Shown here piece by piece: positions 58,437 to 64,000 of a stretch of DNA of 64,000 nucleotides. The translations under genes were made by a program, and so were the position numbers. Below the pieces are notes generated by a model. The model ran no database searches. It saw only the letters and a program-made list of their open reading frames with translations, and was not told the DNA's origin. This DNA comes from Candidatus Obscuribacteraceae bacterium (GTDB lineage: Bacteria > Cyanobacteriota > Vampirovibrionia > Obscuribacterales > Obscuribacteraceae): NCBI GenBank assembly GCA_044229845.1, contig JBGASG010000002.1, forward strand, positions 96,001 through 160,000, read 5' to 3'. Position 1 is the first letter of the stretch. The number at the start of each line of letters is the position of its first letter.

Positions 58437-59231
58437 ATGCAAATGAGTAATCGCAGAAATTCGATGCCCCCGAGCGCAAAACAGGCACAGGCAGCAGGTT
58501 TTGCCGGACTGTGCCTATCGCTTTTGCTGAGCAGCGTGTTGCCCGCGGCAGCCAATGTCATTCCGGGCGGCACGGGTATTTCCTTCGGGCAGAACCATTC
58601 CTTCATTCTTAAGGCGCCTCCTGGCTGGTCGTTAGATACCGATGCCGGCGCCCAGCAAAATCTGCAGGCGGTCTTCTATCCCGACGAGTCGGACTGGGAC
58701 GGTCCCGTCGCCATGTACACCGAAGTAGATGCGCGCGAGGGCATGGGTCTCGATGCGGCGATTCAAGCTGATATTCAGGACATGAAGACAGACACGCCAG
58801 GACTTAAGGTCAGCGACGGCGGCACCGCGCCGACCGGCGACGGCAAGACCGCCACAATCAAGTATTTCAGCGGCAGCAAAGACGGCAGTTTCGAAGCCAT
58901 CGGCTACGTGCTCGAAAAGAATGTCGTCATCAACATCATTCTCACTGCCCGCAGCAAAGCGCAGTTCGATGGTGCGCTTCCGACTTTCCGCAAGCTGGTT
59001 GGTTCCTATAAATACCTGACCGACAATCCGAAGGGCGCCGATCTGAAAGCGCTCGCCAAGGCAGCCGGTGCCAAACCGACGCCGGGAGCGGAAGAATCCG
59101 GTGATACCGGATCTGGTGGCGGCACCACCACGGCTCCACGTAGCGGCGGCACAGGTTCCGCGAGTACCGGCACCACACCTGCCACCACCAAGCCGTCGAT
59201 CGGCAAACCCGTCACCAAAGACGATTTCTAA
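58437..59231 (+). CDS. Secreted hypothetical protein with Gly/Thr/Pro-rich tail
   Basis: Signal peptide; LKAP.GW motif; helical end F...LP.F..LV.SY. Confidence 0.75.
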   Translation: MQMSNRRNSMPPSAKQAQAAGFAGLCLSLLLSSVLPAAANVIPGGTGISFGQNHSFILKAPPGWSLDTDAGAQQNLQAVFYPDESDWDGPVAMYTEVDAREGMGLDAAIQADIQDMKTDTPGLKVSDGGTAPTGDGKTATIKYFSGSKDGSFEAIGYVLEKNVVINIILTARSKAQFDGALPTFRKLVGSYKYLTDNPKGADLKALAKAAGAKPTPGAEESGDTGSGGGTTTAPRSGGTGSASTGTTPATTKPSIGKPVTKDDF

Positions 59232-59239
59232 TAAGCCTC

Positions 59240-60427
59240 TTAGAGCGAGACCTGGTTCCACGGATCGTACGGGTCCTGCTCGTCCCACCATGGCTTGACC
59301 GGCTGCGGATTGAGAAGTTTATTCGCCATCTCTTCGTATTGAGCGGCCGGTTTGACGGCGCCCTGCTGACGCAAAAGCGATGCATAGTATTTGTAGACCA
59401 CGCCTTTTTGCGTATCGGTGAACCAATCACTATATTGGCTCAATGAGTTCAACGCGGCGGGAAACTGATTCGCGGCAGCGGCTTTATCACCAGCGAGCAA
59501 GCTGGCAAACGGCAGCATCAGCCTCGCCTTCTCATGCTCGTAGCTGGTCAATTGATCATAACCGGCAGGCGGGCTGTCGAGCACGAATCGCCAGTAGCGC
59601 AGCGCCCCACTATACGCGCCGGCGGCCATCGCGTTTTCTGCGGATTTGCAAACCGCGGATAGCCCGGCTTGCTCATCGTACTTTCCAAATCGGGGAGGCG
59701 GCTCCAACGAGGGATGGCTGTCATCAAGAAATCGGGCTCGATCAATGAGCTCTTCCACGCGTTTGGCGTCGTCCTGTCGATCGGCATGCAAGTACGCAAG
59801 TTGGATCAATTCGAACTCTGGAATCCGCGAGGGTCCATACGGCTGATCGATGGCGCCGAACCACTCATCGGCAACTTGCGCCGCCTTTTGCCATTGCTTC
59901 TGGTCAAGCCTCAGACCCAGCTCGGAATATGTGATGGCAGCATTGGGATAGTCGTCGCCTCCTCGTGCGTCGTCTAAACAAGACTCAGCGCCCTTGACGT
60001 TGCCTACCCACAAATAGTAATTGGCAATATCCATGTTGGCCGCGTTGAGCGTGGCGGGCAGAATTATTCCGCGTGCCAGTCGCAGTTTTAGTTTCAGCAA
60101 CGTCACGGCATCGCCTGTCTTCGGAACATCGCCGAGATAGCCAATATTCCTGGGCGTCTCGCTGACAGGTCCAATCAGGTAATTAGTAACGGACAAAACT
60201 GCGGCCAACACAATTGCGATGATCGCCAGTCCAAGATCCCCGGCTCTTCCGGGCTTGTTCTTTTTCTTCGGTCCCTCCTTCTTGCCCGTCGGCGACGATG
60301 CGGCAGGGGTAGCAGCCGATGTCGGCGCAGGTTGCGGCTCGTCCGACTCAGTCTCGCGGGGCGACTCCTTCAACTCGACAGAGTCGATACCGTCCGTGGT
60401 GTCCGGCTTGAAGGGCTTCGGATCCAT
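59240..60427 (-). CDS. Single-TM hypothetical protein with TPR-like helices
   Basis: 395-aa ORF with one TM segment and a GAGG RBS, co-oriented downstream of rnj. Confidence 0.7.
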   Translation of the reverse strand: MDPKPFKPDTTDGIDSVELKESPRETESDEPQPAPTSAATPAASSPTGKKEGPKKKNKPGRAGDLGLAIIAIVLAAVLSVTNYLIGPVSETPRNIGYLGDVPKTGDAVTLLKLKLRLARGIILPATLNAANMDIANYYLWVGNVKGAESCLDDARGGDDYPNAAITYSELGLRLDQKQWQKAAQVADEWFGAIDQPYGPSRIPEFELIQLAYLHADRQDDAKRVEELIDRARFLDDSHPSLEPPPRFGKYDEQAGLSAVCKSAENAMAAGAYSGALRYWRFVLDSPPAGYDQLTSYEHEKARLMLPFASLLAGDKAAAANQFPAALNSLSQYSDWFTDTQKGVVYKYYASLLRQQGAVKPAAQYEEMANKLLNPQPVKPWWDEQDPYDPWNQVSL

Positions 60428-60445
60428 GGCGGCTGATCAACCTCG

Positions 60446-62203
60446 CTAGCGAGCGGGTATGTTATTGCGGCTGAACGAGACTTCCTGAATCAAAAGTTGC
60501 ACGAGTGGCGTAAGCTTCATATTTTGCGCGAAGTGTTTATTGATGGCGCCCAGAACGTATTGGCGCAAATCGTCGCCCGACAGCTTCGACAGCACTGCCT
60601 TATTTTGCAAAATCTCGGTGACGTCGGCTTTCAGCTGATTGATGAAGTCTTCGGGAAGCACGCCGCGTGGCAAAATCAAACCGCGAATGGAGATGTCGGG
60701 ACCGGCAACAATGTCGCGTTCTTTGGTGAGTGTCAAAACTATGTTGACCACGCCGTCTTCAGCGAGCAACAAACGTTCTTCCACAGTTTGCCAGTGAATT
60801 TCCCAGGACCCATTAGAATCGATGAGCACGATGCCGGCATCGATGCTGCCAATCTTAGATCCGCCGTCCTTGCGCAGTTCAAGCACATCACCGTTTTCCA
60901 GAACGAAGGTGTTCTCGCGCGCAACACCGCACTCGACTGCGAGTTCCGCGTGCTTCACGAGCATGCGAAATTCACCGTGGATAGGAATGAAATACTTCGG
61001 TTTGCAAAGGTTGATCATCAACTTCTGTTCTTCGCGGCAAGCGTGTCCGGACACGTGCACGCCGGAATCGCGACCGTAGATAACCTCCGCGCCACGCACG
61101 AACAATTTGTTGATCGTGTTGGCGATGGAACGCTCGTTGCCGGGAATCGGAGTCGCCGACACGATCACCGTGTCGCCACGGGCGATTTTGATTTGCTTGT
61201 GTTCGTCGCGCGCAATACGGCTCAGCGCTGACAGCGGCTCGCCCTGGCTGCCGGTGGTGAGAATGACGACTTTGTCGTGCGGCAGGTTGACGGTTTCTTC
61301 CACGCGAATAATCAGCCCGTCGGGGAACGTCATGTAACCGAGTTCTCGCGATATGTTGGCGAGGTTGAGCATCGAGCGTCCAAGGATCGCTACCTTGCGG
61401 TCGTATTTGATAGCCGCCTGCAATATCTGGCGAATACGGTGCACGTTGCTGGCGAAGGTGGTGACGATAATGCGCTTCTTCGCGTTGGCGAAGACTTCAT
61501 CGAGTTTCTTCCAGACAGATCTCTCTGAGGGTGTGTGCCCGGCGCGCTCGGTGTTGGTGCTGTCGCTGAGCAGGGCGAGAATGCCATCTTCAGCCGCGGC
61601 TGCCAGACTGGCGATGTCGTACTGTTCGCCGTCGACCGGCGTAAAGTCGAACTTGAAGTCGCCGGTGTGCACCACAGCACCAACCGGTGTGTGAATGATC
61701 AAACTGAAAGAGTCGGCAATCGAATGTGTGCAACGAATGAATTGCACGTTGAAGCAACCGACCTTCACTATTTGACGCGGGCGCACCTGGCGCATGACGG
61801 TGCGATCTTCGAGCCCGTATTCTTTGAATTTCTCTTCCAGAAGACCCAGTGCCAGTGCCGGTCCGTAGATAACCGGACAGTCGACTTCGCGCAGAATTTG
61901 CGGCACGCCACCGATGTGGTCTTCGTGTCCATGCGTGATCAAAAGCGCCTTCAGCTTGCTGGCATGTTCTTTGATGAATGAAATGTCGGGCAGCACGATG
62001 TCGACGCCCAGCATATCCTCTGAAGGAAACGCCAGTCCGGCATCGACCAGAATCATGTCGTTGCCGTACATGATGGCCATCGTGTTCTTGCCGATTTCAC
62101 CCAGTCCGCCAATGGGGATGATCTTCAATCCATTGGGTGAGCCGAGTTGTCCGCCGTTATTGATGGCGGCGTTGGGTTGTTTGCTATGGCGTTCGCTGGT
62201 CAC
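60446..62203 (-). CDS. rnj: Ribonuclease J
   Basis: GGLGEIGKN, THGHEDHIGG, HTGDFKFD, TGSQGEP, HVSGHA. Confidence 0.97.
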   Translation of the reverse strand: MTSERHSKQPNAAINNGGQLGSPNGLKIIPIGGLGEIGKNTMAIMYGNDMILVDAGLAFPSEDMLGVDIVLPDISFIKEHASKLKALLITHGHEDHIGGVPQILREVDCPVIYGPALALGLLEEKFKEYGLEDRTVMRQVRPRQIVKVGCFNVQFIRCTHSIADSFSLIIHTPVGAVVHTGDFKFDFTPVDGEQYDIASLAAAAEDGILALLSDSTNTERAGHTPSERSVWKKLDEVFANAKKRIIVTTFASNVHRIRQILQAAIKYDRKVAILGRSMLNLANISRELGYMTFPDGLIIRVEETVNLPHDKVVILTTGSQGEPLSALSRIARDEHKQIKIARGDTVIVSATPIPGNERSIANTINKLFVRGAEVIYGRDSGVHVSGHACREEQKLMINLCKPKYFIPIHGEFRMLVKHAELAVECGVARENTFVLENGDVLELRKDGGSKIGSIDAGIVLIDSNGSWEIHWQTVEERLLLAEDGVVNIVLTLTKERDIVAGPDISIRGLILPRGVLPEDFINQLKADVTEILQNKAVLSKLSGDDLRQYVLGAINKHFAQNMKLTPLVQLLIQEVSFSRNNIPAR

Positions 62204-62233
62204 GAAATTGTCTCGGTCTCCGTGTGGTCGGGG

Positions 62234-63157
62234 TTAGACGCGCGCGTGCACTTTCAAATCGCTGAGCACTTTGTCCAGTGCCTCGCGCTGCGCGGGATTG
62301 AGCGGCACCAGCGGCAGGCGCAGCGTCGGCTGGCACAGTCCCATTTTCGACATCGCATACTTGACGCAGGTTGGATTGGGAGCGGTGAAAAGCCCCTTGA
62401 AGAGCGGCAGATATTGATAATGCAGCTTGCGGGCTTCATCATGTTTGCCGTCGAAATACGCGGCAATCATTTGCTGAATTGGCGTGCCGACCAGATGACT
62501 GGCGACGCTGACGATGCCGCACGCCCCCACCGCGAGAAACGGCAAGGTCATGTAATCGTCACCTGAATAAACGCGGAACGACTCGCGCGCCCGCCCGGCA
62601 AGTTCGGACGCCTGTTCGACGTTGCCTGTGGAATCTTTGACGGCGTGCACGTTGTCATGGCGCTTTGCCAATTCTATGAGCGTATCGCTGTTGATGTTGA
62701 CACCAGTGCGCCCGGGAATGTTGTAAATCAAAAGCGGTAGACTGGTGGCATCGGCGATGGCACCAAAGTGCGCCAGCATACCGTCTTGCGACGGCTTGTT
62801 GTAATAGGGCGCCACCACCAGCGCACCATCGACGCCGGCGCTCTCGGCTTCTTTGGTTGCCTTCACCGACTTGGCAGTGTCGTTGGAACCAGTTCCCATG
62901 ATGATCTTGGCTTTGCCGCCGTTGGCAGCCATGACCGTCTTCAGGAGTTCCTGTTTCTCCGCTTCATCCAGCGTCGGGCTCTCGCCTGTGGTACCGCAAA
63001 CGACAATCGTGTCGGTGCCGTTTTTGAGCAGGTGCTCGACAATCTTGCGCACTGCGGCATGGTCAACCTTGAGGTCGGCATCGAAGGGTGTCACCATCGC
63101 GGTGGCTACTCGTCCGAAGAGGTTGGCATCCGTCTTGATCATTGTCTTTTCCTGCAT
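62234..63157 (-). CDS. dapA: 4-hydroxy-tetrahydrodipicolinate synthase
   Basis: TAMVTPF, GTTGESPTL, PYYNKP, YNIPGRTG, VKDS. Confidence 0.97.
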   Translation of the reverse strand: MQEKTMIKTDANLFGRVATAMVTPFDADLKVDHAAVRKIVEHLLKNGTDTIVVCGTTGESPTLDEAEKQELLKTVMAANGGKAKIIMGTGSNDTAKSVKATKEAESAGVDGALVVAPYYNKPSQDGMLAHFGAIADATSLPLLIYNIPGRTGVNINSDTLIELAKRHDNVHAVKDSTGNVEQASELAGRARESFRVYSGDDYMTLPFLAVGACGIVSVASHLVGTPIQQMIAAYFDGKHDEARKLHYQYLPLFKGLFTAPNPTCVKYAMSKMGLCQPTLRLPLVPLNPAQREALDKVLSDLKVHARV

Positions 63158-63172
63158 TGCTTGGTTGCGTAA

Positions 63173-64000
63173 CTATTTAGAGCCGACTGCGGACCGCAAC
63201 AGGTCGTGCTCCACCATGTACTCGGCGATGCGAATGGCATTCAGTGCCGCACCGATGCGCAGGTTGTCGGCGACCACCCACAGGTTCAAGCCGTTTTCCG
63301 AGGAGGTGTCGGGACGGATGCGCCCGACATACACAGGATCTTGTCCGGCGGCATCAACAGGTGTCGGGTAGTGAGCTTTGGTTGGGTCATCCCAGACTTC
63401 GATGATCGGGCTGTTGGCCAGGCACTCGCGCGCTTGCGCCGGGCTGAGGCGACGTTCGAGATCGACGGTGACCGCTTCGCTGTGACCGATCATGACGGGC
63501 ACACGCACGGTGGTGGCAGTAACCGGCAGATCGGGCAATTCGAGGATTTTGCGGGTTTCATGCACCATCTTCATTTCTTCGAGGGTGTAGCCGTTTTCAT
63601 CGAAAACGTCGATGTGCGGTATCAGGTTGAAGGCAATCTGTCTGCTCAATACTTTCGGCGCATATTCGCTGCCATGGAGAATGGCATGCGTTTGCGTCTC
63701 CAGCTCTTCCATGGCTTCTTTGCCGGCGCCGCTGACCGATTGATAGGTGGAGATGATGACGCGCTTCAAGCCGGCAGCTTCGTGCAGCTGCTTGAGCACC
63801 GGCACCAGTTGCGCCGTCGAGCAGTTGGGGTTGGCGATGATGCCGCTGTGCTTGTGCAAAGCATGGGCATTCACCTCGGGCACCACCAGCGGTACACCTT
63901 CCTGCATGCGGAAGGCATTGGAGTTATCGATGAATACGCAGCCTTGTTGCACCGCCAGCGGTGCCAGTTCCTTGCTGATGCCGCTGCCGGCGGACGCCAA
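63173..64000 (-). CDS. asd: Aspartate-semialdehyde dehydrogenase (5'-partial at the window edge)
   Basis: IANPNCST, TYQSVSGAG, RVPV..GHSE, DNLR.GAA.NA. Confidence 0.97.
   Translation of the reverse strand: MASAGSGISKELAPLAVQQGCVFIDNSNAFRMQEGVPLVVPEVNAHALHKHSGIIANPNCSTAQLVPVLKQLHEAAGLKRVIISTYQSVSGAGKEAMEELETQTHAILHGSEYAPKVLSRQIAFNLIPHIDVFDENGYTLEEMKMVHETRKILELPDLPVTATTVRVPVMIGHSEAVTVDLERRLSPAQARECLANSPIIEVWDDPTKAHYPTPVDAAGQDPVYVGRIRPDTSSENGLNLWVVADNLRIGAALNAIRIAEYMVEHDLLRSAVGSK

Overview
This is a GC-rich bacterial chromosomal segment, most consistent with a non-photosynthetic relative of Cyanobacteria (Vampirovibrionia/Melainabacteria). That assignment is inferred from a cyanobacterial-style split atp operon with b and b' subunits, a gamma subunit lacking the phototroph insert, the dapA-rnj linkage and the absence of photosynthesis genes. 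Housekeeping content is atpI/B/E/F'/F/H/A/G, pspA, tgt, smc-scpA-scpB-ispD, sepF and asd-dapA-rnj. These are interspersed with many secreted, TPR, TonB-C-like and Tad-pilin-like hypothetical genes, two bestrophins, an ArsR-carbonic anhydrase-bestrophin operon, and a PLD-XRE fusion next to a 69-bp tandem repeat. The most striking element is at 57.7-58.4 kb. A sigma70-like promoter is followed by an unannotated 19-codon Leu/Tyr-rich leader ORF with 1:2/2:3/3:4 alternative pairings. Downstream lie four near-identical short-variable-loop tRNA-Leu genes (TAA, CAG, CAA, GAG) and an atypical tRNA-Tyr-like gene. I read this as a candidate attenuation-controlled backup tRNA cassette. All product calls come from motif recognition by eye, and no database searches were run.
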